Of a stretch of DNA of 63,939 nucleotides, positions 43,399-54,264 are shown one piece after another. This DNA is from Zygnema circumcarinatum SAG 698-1b (lineage: Eukaryota > Plantae > Zygnematophyceae). A program made the position numbers and the translations under genes. The stretch's first letter is position 1. Each line of letters starts with the position of its first letter. The stretch is taken from NCBI GenBank assembly GCA_037447605.1, contig CM074804.1, forward strand, positions 6,363,909 through 6,427,847, read 5' to 3'. Under the pieces are notes generated by a model. It searched no databases, was not told where the DNA came from, and saw only the letters and a program-made list of their open reading frames with translations.

Positions 43399-43911
43399 GC
43401 AGGGCTGTCCAATGGCAGACTGCCACGTGTCCCTCTCTGACCCGAATGGGTCAGAGGAGTTGAACGTACGTACGCGCACCGCGTTCCGCGGTCGCGCGCC
43501 GCGACGCGGCGCGGCGCGCCGTCGTACGTCGGTGCACGGCCGGATCCTACGCGCGCGGCGCGGGGTCCGATTGTCAGTTCGTCCGTACCAACGGTAACCC
43601 GTAACTGTACGGACGACTGGCCGATTCCAAAAGGGGGATCCGGGCCGCGGCCCGAGATCCAATCGCGGGACCGGATTAGTCCCGTGGTGCCGTTAATCCC
43701 CAATCCTCCTTTATGCCGAGGAGGGGACCTTGGCGGGTGATGTGGTGCCCCCACGTGTGAACCAGTTCTTACGGTTCGAACCTAAGACCTCCGTCGTCCT
43801 ATAGGGTATCCGATGCCCTAACCGTTAGGTACTGCATTGGATGGAAACATAAGGCCACGCCGGGCTTTAAGTAATCCTTCCCCCTTGGGGTGACTGTAGC
43901 GTTTCGCTACA
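43399..43911. mobile_element. Unclassified GC-rich insertion, possibly an LTR end
   Basis: Abuts the inner hAT subterminus; ends in the hairpin TGTAGCGTTTCGCTACA (TG...CA); the other end is lost in the N gap. Confidence 0.35.
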
Positions 43912-44667
43912 ATATATATTATATTATATAACTGTGACGACTAGATAACGGTTGTTACATATTACTTTACAACGCCTTTATAACATGTACGGTCGGACGG
44001 TCGTATGGTCGTATGACTGTACGGTATTATGCCGTACGAATGTATAGTCGTTTGGCTGCACTACCATGCGGGAAGCAAGGAAGAAACATTGTGGTTGTTA
44101 CAAGTGTTAAAGAAATGCATCTTCTATACATCTATGTATTGTTGNNNNNNNNNNTCAGAGTAATAACTCGTTAGCCTATACAGCTAAGGCTTTTACATTT
44201 ATTTGCTCATACTGAGTTGTATCAATAAGAGTTGTTACTCTTGGCATATGAAATAATGGATCACCAGGAACTGCTGCGTCAAAGTCAAACATTACATTCA
44301 GTTCAAACCATAGTTTGTCAACCACTATGCGTTGTTGCATAATAGTTGGAAAGACTTCTCTTGTCTCATTGTTGTTGCCGGAATTGACACTCTTTTTCCT
44401 TTTCCTTTCTCCTTCTCTTTTTCCTTCTCCTCCGGTCCCCTCCATGATCCTCGTGCCTGCCTCTCGGCGGCGAGCCCGAGCACGAGCAAACAGAGTGAAC
44501 CAGACGGACGCATTTCGCAACGCCAACGCCAAAACGACCTAATTTTGGTATGGTACGACCGTACGACGTACGAGTACGGTCGTACGGTCGTTAATTGTTC
44601 AAAACGAGTTTTAAACCCGTTGTAAAGTAAGTAATGTAGTCGGACTTCATAACGCGGGCCATCCCTA
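43911..44667 (-). mobile_element. Second copy of the same hAT family, inserted in inverted orientation inside the first
   Basis: 44184-44667 is a diverged inverted copy of 42854-43361 ending in TIR GCCATCCCTA; 43911-43944 is a perfect 34-bp inverted copy of 44665-44698 (the other subterminus). Confidence 0.75.
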
Positions 44668-44840
44668 GTCGTCACAGTTATATAATATAATATATATTAT
44701 ATTGTCGTAATTAAGCCATCCCTAGTCGCAAGCATTTTCTGATCCCATAACGGGAACCCAAGTCTGAACCCCCTTTTTTTCAGACTTTGGCTTCGGCGAG
44801 AGGATCATCATCACATCTTTCACCGTATACGACACATGTA

Positions 44841-45926
44841 GGGAATTACTATTTTCACACCCGTTTGTCTAGATACACAACCTTTAAAAAACCAACACCC
44901 CCAATACCATAAAACCCCTAAAATAAGGGTATTGTAGTGTTATTTCCACCCCTTTTTTGAATCAAAACACCCCTTCCCGGCCGGGCAGATTTCAAAAAGG
45001 ATTAAAAACGAAAAATGCTTTTTTCACACGTTTTTGGAATCGATACCCACCTTCTTCCGTCGGCAGATTTTATTTTTGCTAACCAAGGAAATGATAGCCC
45101 GTCACCCCATTTTGAATACTGTATCCCGCCTCCCTGAATTATTTTTTTGAGGTAAGGAAATATCGGCCTGCCAAAATCCTCTCGGAGCGGAAGATCCGTC
45201 CGCCACGAGATCGTTCGTGGGTGTCCGTCCTTCACACGTGCGTGTCAATCGCAGCTGTCGATTACCTCGCAGATCGCACCACGGCAGATCACCGTTCGAT
45301 CTGCAGCTGGGCTCGATCTCAGCGAATGGCAAGCGCCCAAATGTCCCGCCAAAGCCGGCTTGCTCGTGCGAGTGCGCGCGTCCCTCGGCCTGAGATCTCG
45401 TCCATTGTAAACTGGCAACCAATCAAGTCTGCCACGTGGTATATGTTTGACGTGGCAAATTTAGGTCCATGCTCTCAATGTTACGAAATTTTGCGTTTCA
45501 TCAAAGTTGCGACCGTACGACGTTTGTACGAACAAACGTTTTAGACGGCTTTGGCGGGATTCGCTGTGACCGAGCCCGGCTGCAGATCTAATGGTGATCT
45601 GCCGTGTTGCGATCGGCGAGGGAATCGACGGCTGCGATTGAGCGCACGCGTGAAAAACATTTCAGGGAGGCGGGATATTCAAAATGGGGTGAGGGGTTAT
45701 CATTTCCCTTGTTTCGCAAAAATAAAATCTGCCGACGGAAGAAGGTGGGGTATCGATTCCAAAAAGGTGTGAAAATAGCATTTTCTGTTTTTAATCCTTT
45801 TTGAAATCTGCCCGACCGGGAAGGGATGTTTTGATCCAAAAAAGGGGTGGAAATAACACTACCCTAAAATAAAATCTGAACGTCGAATAAAGGTGTGTAT
45901 CTAGACAATAAAGGTGTGAATTTTCC
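44841..45926. mobile_element. Non-autonomous long-TIR foldback element (Mutator-like)
   Basis: Arms ~44841-45330 and ~45560-45926 are diverged inverted copies around a ~230-bp spacer; G-rich termini GGGAATT.../...AATTTTCC; no TSD recognised. Confidence 0.75.
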
Positions 45927-47779
45927 TTATATATATTCAACTGACAATGAATTGCGGCGCCGCCAACAATCTTGACATGGCCAGCTGCGTAACTGTACGG
46001 AGAGGGCTGGTCTGAATTCGTGCGACCGCCCACCGGGCGGGCGCTAGCGGACACCAGGAGTGGCCGGCCCTGGCCGTACGCACTTTCTGTACGGTCCAGT
46101 AAGGTGAGTCCTAAACGACAAGGAGGCCGCCCGGTCACGCTCGCTGGGCCGTACCAATATGCGCGGAGGTGGAATTGTACGGCTGGCCGGGAGGGAGCAG
46201 GCAGCGTTGACTTCCTCCCGGGCGTGACCAGCTTCCAATCCGACAGATCTGCCGCCCCACAGGTCCAACCGGCCGCGGCCCGACTGGCGCACCGACATTG
46301 GGGATCGACGATCCGCCGTGGGCGATCGATCGATCGGACGGACGGGATGCGATCCTGGCCGCGCGCAACGGCGGAAAAGCGTTGACGGCGCCAGCCAATC
46401 AGCGCGCGCCGCCGGACCACGAGGCGCCGGGGGCAGGCCCGGTTTGGCCCCATCTTGTCGGCGTCGACCCTCCCAGTCCAAGGTCTGACGCGATGGATTC
46501 TCGCGGCCCAGACTCGTCAAGTGGCAGGATCGCCGCCGTCCATCTGCCGGCCTGCGCGGCGACACCACGCCCGATCGGGACGCCTTACTTCGCCGGTCGA
46601 ATTTTTTCAAAATTTAGTTCTGAAAAAATACAAGACTGGGCCGCTTAGCTTTAGAGCGCAGCGCGTGACGTCGACATTTCGTGACGTGAGGTGACATTGC
46701 GTCAGTACGGCACTGTACGGTAACATGTACGGCAACCATTGTAGCCGCGAGGCGATGTGACCGTACAATGGGATCCTCGCCTAGGGCGTAGGGCCTAGCT
46801 AGGCCGGGCCCTAGTGTGTCCGCGGGGGAGGGGAGGGGGCTGGGCCGGCGGTAATGGGGACGGAGGGGGCACCGCCGCCACGTCAGCCCTAGAGGGCGGG
46901 GCCAGGAGAGGGAACTCCGGCTGCAAGGAGGGCGGGCAGGGCGCAGGGCAGGGCAGGGCAGAGGCAGAGGCCCGAGCACGGAATTGCTCCTTTTAGGGTT
47001 GGCGGGAAGGAGTCTTGGTTCGGCCGAACTCTACTGCTGAGGGGCAGGATAGCTGCGTCTGCAGAGGCTTCTTTTCAAACAATTACATGTATGTGTCTCC
47101 TGGCTTCACCTTTCGAGACGCACCTAATCGGGAAAATACGCATCACAAACGTTTGGCATAATGCATGCGGCTCGAGCAGATTGACATTGGCATTGTGTTG
47201 TCGAATGTAGGCGATGCTTGCCAAGTGCGATACAGCAGCTATGCTTGAATTTACAGGGAGCGAACGGAGCTGGGCGTGGGGGTATGGGAGAGAGCGGGTG
47301 GGATGATTTGCTAAGGGGAGGGAGAAACCGGGAGAAGGAGAGGCTGAGAGGTTGATGAATGCGAGATGAAGTGACGCAGCAAGTGTGAGGGGAATGGAGA
47401 CAGATGAGAACAGAAACGTTGGGCGTAGCAGACGAGGGCAGAGGGTAGTGTTAAAGAAAGAGTAATGTGGAGGATTGGAAAGAAAGTCAATGGGAGTCGC
47501 AGAATGAGTTTAGTGGAGTCATATAATAACATGTAATGTCATGTAATGTAATGTCTTGTCATGTAATGACAAGAGGATGGGAGATGACATGCTCGTTGTC
47601 GTAGCGTTTAACTCAGCCAGTAGCCTCGCGTCAAAAGTCAGCGTGAACAAATGCGCGCTTTCATCCTTCGATTGTCGATTTTGATATTTTTTGGTGTGGC
47701 TTCTGCAGTGTGATGAAACGAACTGATCCCCTGTCCTTGCTCTCCATATCAGCTGCAGGTAAACTGGCATCTCTGAAAA

Positions 47780-50700
47780 ATGGAGGATGTTATTTTTAAA
47801 CCCGAGCAACTTGACAAGGCGACGAATAACTTTTCAAAAGAAAACTGTTTAGGGAAGGGTGGGTTTGGCGAGGTCTTCAAAGGTCAGCTTTTCGGAACTA
47901 ACATAGCAGTAAAGAGACTCCATGAAGGCCGCGATGTTGGCCAGTTCAGACAGGAGGCGAACATACTGACCCGTCTGCGGCATCCACACATCGTGCTGCT
48001 TATGGGTTGCACTGCTGATGGAAAATGCATCGTAAGTGAGTACATGGGAGGTGGAAGTCTCCATGACCGACTCAAAGGCATGTTTGGTGGACCACTTACA
48101 TGGGTTGATCGCATACGCATTGCATCTGAAATGGCGTCAGCGCTCGCCTACATGCATAGCTTGGGCGTTCTACATCGGGACTTGAAGCCAGCAAATGTGC
48201 TGCTTGATCAGAACAAAGGGTCCAAACTGAGCGATGTTGGTCTTGCAAAGCTTTTCAAGCCTGGAGAAATGACGAAAGGAACCACAACCTGGAAAGTACA
48301 GGGCACTATTGGTAAGCGATTGCTGCCTTCAAAATTCAGCTTGCACCCTGCACCCGCAGTTGTGACGTGCATATATGTGGTTTCAAAATCTTTGCACCAG
48401 AAACTTAATTTCATTCAATGCTGTAGTACAGCTGTTGTACAGCAGAGGCTCAAACGCGTCGCTGTTGATTCTGTCAGGTTATTTGGATCCCCATCATATT
48501 CGTTCAGGGCAAGCAACAAACAAGTCAGACATCTACTCTCTGGGCCTTGTTTTCCTTCAATTGATCACCGGACACACTCGGGTGCAAGATGTGCACAGTA
48601 TTCTGGGGAAGTGCAACTTCTCCACACCCCAACGAGACCTCGATAAAGCTGTGCCTGTCTTCCTTGACCGCCTTGACAGCAGCGCAGGAGAGTGGGACCA
48701 CAACATCGCACATCATATGATCCGCCTTGCGCTGCAGTGCACAGAGCGCGATGAAGGGTGGCGACCAGGTCTGGAAGAGTCCATTCAGCCATCGCTGCAG
48801 CGGCTGCTTGAAGAAGCGGAGTTGGTTGAGTCGGAGCGGGTTACTCAGCAGCTTGCCCCTGCGAGGGGGAAAGTGCCGGAAAAGAAGCAATTAGCAGTTT
48901 GTGTTGGGAAGGCCTTAGTGAGGACGAAAAGTCTTCCACTGCCGGACAAACTGTGGGACAGAGAGAAGGAATGTGGCAATGCGGTGCGGATTGACGTTTC
49001 TAGAGGATCAGGGAAAGAGGTACTTTCGTTGTTTATCCTCAGTGTTGCAGAAGGAGTTTTCATCTCGCTCTTTTTTTTTTTTTTTCCCTTTTTAAGATTG
49101 ATGAACTGGAAGGCCTCGACCTTTCCTTGTTATAATGTTCATTACTTGCAAAAGGAATTCACGTGCCAATACAGATCCTGCGTACGTGCGTGAAGAAATC
49201 TCTAGGTCTTGCTGTCGGCGAATTAAAACTTATCCTCACATGTGCTCGGCGTTTGTGATGTGTGCCCGCAGCACCTGCAAGATTTTGTGCGTCAAATTGT
49301 GCACTCTCCAACGAGAGCCTTTGTCTCCGAGTGGCAGGCTCGCTTGAGCTCCATCCACAGCAGCCTGCAGCGGAGAAGTGGCAGCAGTCTGTCTCTGTCC
49401 AGAGCTGCAAACCAAGAGGTCGGACTCCCATTTGCGGATGACTCTGCCACACCGGACGGAGTTATCTCACACGGCAACAAAGGCTCGCCAGGGGGCAGCA
49501 CAAGGTGCAACAGTGGTGCAACGCAGGTTGAATTGCCGCTGCAGTCTCTTGGCTCGCTGGCGAATGAGAAAAATCTCCTGGAAGCAGACAGGGATATGGG
49601 ACTGGGAAGAGTCGGAAGAGACAGAAGCAAGGACGGAGAGGAGGGCTCTCCTTCTGTAGGAGGAGGGGCCTCGCAGGGCTCTCCTCAGGTAAGGCCTGCA
49701 ATAGGAGGGACTGTGGAAGACGTTGCGAGCTTGGAAACTTCCAGCAGCAGAAGTGCAAGCTGGTCTACTGCAGAAACAGACAACCTTCAGCTAAACTTTG
49801 ATACCTCCGAATCCCCCGGCTCAATAAGATCTGTCGCGGATGCAATGATTTTTGGAAGTACACAGGACCGCAGTGCTTGCAGGACTGACGATCTATGGAG
49901 AATAGGGTCCGTTCCGAGCTGGCCATCAGAGGCCACCAGTGGCTCTGTAACTCCTGCAGGAGTAGATATTATACTGGAAAATAAGGGCGGAGGTTGGACC
50001 GTTACAAGAGAGGAAATGCTTCAGAATCAAAGGGAAAGCGGGAACGCACGTCATGGTAACCTGGAGGATGGACGCTTGCAGGAGGGCAACTGGGTCATGC
50101 AGGGGGATCTGGTCAGTTCCCCTCATCGCGGTCTTTGTCTATCTAACAGTCATGCTGATCCTTTTAGTAAAAGGTGGAAGCTGAATGCATTTTAACGATT
50201 TTCCTTCCTTCGTTTCGTTCCTTTCACGCAGGAATGTAAAGCCGCTTCATATCTTTTGGCTCGGATGAACTTCAAGCCTGATAGCGACCTTGTGAAGGCG
50301 GTGCGCTTGCTTGAAGCAGCAGCCGCACGAGGGAATGCGGGCGCTCAGAACAGCCTCGGGCTCTGCTACTTTCAGGGCTGGGGAACCCGCCAAAATTACT
50401 CAGAAGCTGTGAGACTGTTCAGGTGTGCTATTGAGAATGGAAGCTCAGTTGCGGAATGCAATCTCGGGTGCTGCTATTGGGATGGAAAGGGAGTGGCCCA
50501 GGATAGGGCTGCCGCAGTCAGATGGTTCCGCAAAGCTGCCAGAGGAGGCTATGCTTTAGCTGAACTTATCATGGGAATTTGCTGCTTGCGTGGAGAAGCT
50601 GACTCGGAGAGTGCTGCGGTGGAAGCGGTGGAGTGGTTCAGCAGAGCGGCAGAGCGTGGAGATTCTGAAGCACAGACCCATCTCGGCTTCTGCTTCGCCG

Positions 50701-51665
50701 ACGGGATTGGGGTTCCAAAAGACGTTGCCAAAGCAGCTCGCTTTTGGGGAGAAGCTGCAGAGCAGGGCCACCCAGTGGCTCTGAATCAGGTTGCCATGTG
50801 CTATAATTTAGAGAAAGGGGTGCCACAGAATCATGAACGAGCCTTTCAGTTGTTCCAAGTGGCAGCAGAAATGGGGCAGGCAAATGCGCAGGTATGTTTA
50901 GGGAATTACTACTACCGGGGGAGGGAGGTTGCGCCAAATGACGCGGAAGCTGTGCGACTGTTCAGGCTTGCGATAGATAGTTGCGAGCAGCTGAAGGAGT
51001 TGAGGTCGAAATGGGATTTGGCAGACTCCTTTGCAGTGCAGTTCAGGGTTGGCGATCCGTCGTGCGCACTGCAGCCGTCGCAATTGATGAACGACTTCGT
51101 GTATGATGTGGACGAGACGCTGAGCAGAGCACTGTACTCCCTCGGGGTGTGCTTTGCTAACGGCCATGGCGTGGAGCAGAATTACTCGGATGCAGTGGCT
51201 CTCTATGCCCAAGCTGCAGCAGCTGGGAATGAGAATGCCATGTACGACTTGGGGGTGTGTTATGACAGGGGTAGAGGGGTCCCGCAAGATATTGTTGAGG
51301 CAGTAAAGAGGTATCGGCAGGCTGCGGAGAAGGGCCACGGCATGGCTCAGTTCAATCTCGCAGTCTGTTTGGAGAATGAAGAAGGTATTGGCAGAGATCT
51401 GAAGGCAGCGGTGGACATGTATATGCTGGCAGCCAACAAGGGCATTGTGTCGGCTAAGTTCCGCCTGGGGCTCTGCTACTACTACGGCCGAGGAGTCGCG
51501 CGGGACTTCACTCAGGCCTTCCGCTGGTGGCTGGCCGCTGCGGAGGACGGCCTCCCGAATGCCATGGTCAAGGTGGCGCAGTGCTACAGTCTCGGCCATG
51601 GGGTGCGCAGAAACCACGAGGAGGCAAAAGCATGGATGCGCCGACAAGAAGCTGCTTCCAACTGA
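47780..51665 (+). CDS. Pelle/RLCK-type cytoplasmic protein kinase fused to ~11 SEL1-like repeats
   Basis: GKGGFGEV, IAVKRL, HRDLKPANVLLD, SDVGLAK, GTIGYLDP, KSDIYSLG; in-phase exon chain 47780-48311, 48478-49019, ~49175-49205, ~49272-50111, 50232-51665; last exon contains A.xxLG.CYxxGxGVxQDxxxAxxWFxxAAxxG repeats. Confidence 0.82.
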
Positions 51666-53003
51666 TGTGCTACTTAGGGCAACAGCCGGTCTTCTAGCAT
51701 GTATGTAGAATAGTCCCATTTTTAATAGTTTCGGGGAAGGGGTAGTATTTGATTGCTGGGGTCCCATGCGACTGCAGTTGATAAGGTGACATGGCAAACT
51801 ATGTGTCGTAGATTTAGGATACTGTACTTTTCTCGTGCTGGGAACATGCAGGAACTGGCAGTAGCAGAGTTATCTCCTTCTTTGGAGAAAGGGGTTGAAC
51901 CTCGTCACATGTACTGTAAGTTAATAAGTGCGGTTAGTCGACAGGGGAGATGAACGGGAACCTGTGCCCTTCCACTTCTATGAGCTCAAGAAGAAGGGAA
52001 CAACGCGCACTGGACAGTGCGTGGCTAGCAGTGAAAGCTAAGCGGTCCCACAAGTCCTTCCTCTGCTTCTTTCTGTTGTCCTTCCATTGCGACTTGTACT
52101 CGAGTGCCTGACTCTTTAGGCTGTCGTGGACGAAGGTTACCTTGTTTTCCTGAAGAGCCTTTGACATGGCAGTTGACAGGATTCCTTCCACCGGATCTCA
52201 GCAAGCCGACGTGAGAGTGAGTGCGGGGGTGAGAGAGAGTGAGAGCCGCTTGTGCCATGCGGCACGCGCATCGATCATCGATGCATGCATGCATCCATGT
52301 CGCCACTCGTGCGGCAATCGTACGGCTCCAACGGGAGGCCGCCCTGACCGTACCGAGGTGTCTCCGTACGGCACGGTGCATGTCGGTCGTGTCGGTCAGG
52401 CCGGGCGATGTTGGTGGCGGCATTGGGGCTGCAGGCGGCCGTACAAAGCCTTGCCAGACGACCGCAGACGGCCGTACAAAACCAGGCCAGACGGCCGCAG
52501 ACTACCGTACATATTTGTACAGGGAGAAGCCAGGAGGCCGCATACGACCGTACTTCGCCGTACAATGTCAGGCCCGCCGGCGGCCGACGGATGGCTCCTC
52601 GCGACACGACTGACGTGGCAAGAAAATCTACCGTGACGTGACCCGGTCCTCAAGTCTCACGTGGATTTGAACTCCCATCGGACGGTCTGCGCTCGTCCAA
52701 ACGTGCAGCCGCCGCCTTCCACCGTCGATTGCGCCCGCCCGCACGCCCCCGCCAGCGCGGCGCCCACACGGCGCCGGCGTGCCGGCCAATGGCGGGGCGC
52801 CTCGGGCCCCTTCGCAATCTTCCACGCGCCACGTGGCGCAGGGAACTTCGGCTGCGGGGGCTCGGCCGTCGATCACCATCTGCGCCGTCCAGCGACTGAC
52901 ACGTGGCTGTTACCCCTCGTGCAAAGCCTCCCGCCTCGTCCATAGAGAGAGAGGGAAGCCTTTCGCTGGTGAGGGCAGGAGCGAGAGCAGGTCTTGTCGC
53001 GCC

Positions 53004-54264
53004 ATGGCTGCCGCTCTGAGCCTCCGCATGGCGACTGCAGCAGTATTCATCACGCCCAGTGGAAGCCCGTCAGTTGGAGGCGTTGCGGCCGAGGCGCAGG
53101 TGGCTCGAGGGGGTATCCGAGTGCGAACGAGCGGGCAGCAGAAGCGGCAGAGCTGGGCGGTGAGGGCCGCTGCAAGCGAGGACGACGCGGCGGTGAGTGT
53201 CGGCGTGGCAGGGACGGACGAGGAGCATGGCATATATCCTTCAGGAGAATGGCCCGCTAACTTCTCGCTCTCCAACTACGAGGACCTCTCGCATCACTAC
53301 TCGCCAGTGATCTTCCGCAGTGAGGTATGGCTGCTAGTCAAATCCTAAACTACTTGCATTGCTGTTTGTGGTCTAACCGCATTCCAAAATGCATGTAGAT
53401 GTAGGGTTTCTGTCGCTTCTTGGAATCACATATCTTGGTCGTTTGAACGTCGGCTGTTCTTTTGCTGGTGCGGCGTGTAGGCCCAGCCCGACACCATCTT
53501 GGCCGATGTGATGACGAAGGTGGTGCACACGGCCTCGCCGGAGGACTTGGTGGGCGCAGTGAAGCACCACTTTGACGAGGTGACGGGGCTGCCGGTGGTG
53601 GGCGCGGACTTTAAGTGCGTGGGAGTGCTCAGCCGGAAGGATTTGGAGAAGTCGCTGGGAGGGGTGAGCTTGCCGGCCGCGCGCCAATTTGCTTTCTTTG
53701 GTCAATTCTTGCAGACCATTGACGTTGGGTGCCAATTCTAGTCGCCAAGTTTGTCTGTAAATCTTGAAATGTAAATTACTTTGTAAACAGGATGCGAAGG
53801 TGAAGGACGTAATGACGAGCCCAGCGATTACTATACCTGTCGATAAAACCGTGCGAGGTGAGTGATATGATTTGTACAAGCACTCTGAAGAAGCTCTCTA
53901 GTCAAAGCTGCGGTGCAAGTTCCATTTGTTTGCTGTCGCTGGGAGATAAATTTGAAAGCCGCTGACATGTTAACTGCGGCTTCATCAGATGCTGCGGTGG
54001 TCATGCTGAAGGAGAAAGTGCATAGGCTCCCTGTCACAAATGATGGAGATCAGGTGGTTGGTAAGTTCTCATGCTTCTTTTTTAAATCTTTCTCATTATC
54101 TGGTCGACGGCCTCGAATCTGCCTTGGAGTCTTTATGATTTATCGCAGCAGGTTCTTCGGTGCCAGACAATGCTGAAAAAGATGTTTTTGCATGCCCTGT
54201 CTCAGGAATTGTGACGAGAACCGACATTTTTACTGCGTTGGAGGGCCTACCGTCCAGGGACTAG
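53004..54264 (+). CDS. Plastid CBS-domain protein (CBSX-like, single CBS pair)
   Basis: Transit-peptide-like N-terminus; DVMT...VTGLPVVGADFKCVGVLSRKDL; VKDVMTSPAIT; KVHRLPVTNDGDQVVGIVTRTDIF. Confidence 0.9.

Larger units (their letters stand above)
42854..44724. mobile_element. hAT-superfamily DNA transposon (outer copy; interior partly hidden by N gaps)
   Basis: TIR TAGGGATGGC (42854) / GCCATCCCTA (44715-44724) flanked by a perfect 8-bp TSD GTCGCAAG at 42846-42853 and 44725-44732; subterminal CGTACGAC repeats. Confidence 0.9.
42733..44773. mobile_element. Small MITE-like element (~160 bp net) interrupted by the hAT insertion
   Basis: Imperfect ~40-bp inverted ends GGGGGGTTTCAGACTTGG... (42733) and ...CCAAGTCTGAACCCCC (44773); no clear TSD. 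Confidence 0.5.

Noticed and set aside
45791-46996. GC-rich ORFs of 100-220 aa
   Set aside because: Low-complexity translations in CpG-rich promoter/TE-like DNA with no homology signal
50898-51797. 299-aa antisense ORF over the SEL1 exon
   Set aside because: Shadow ORF of a coding exon
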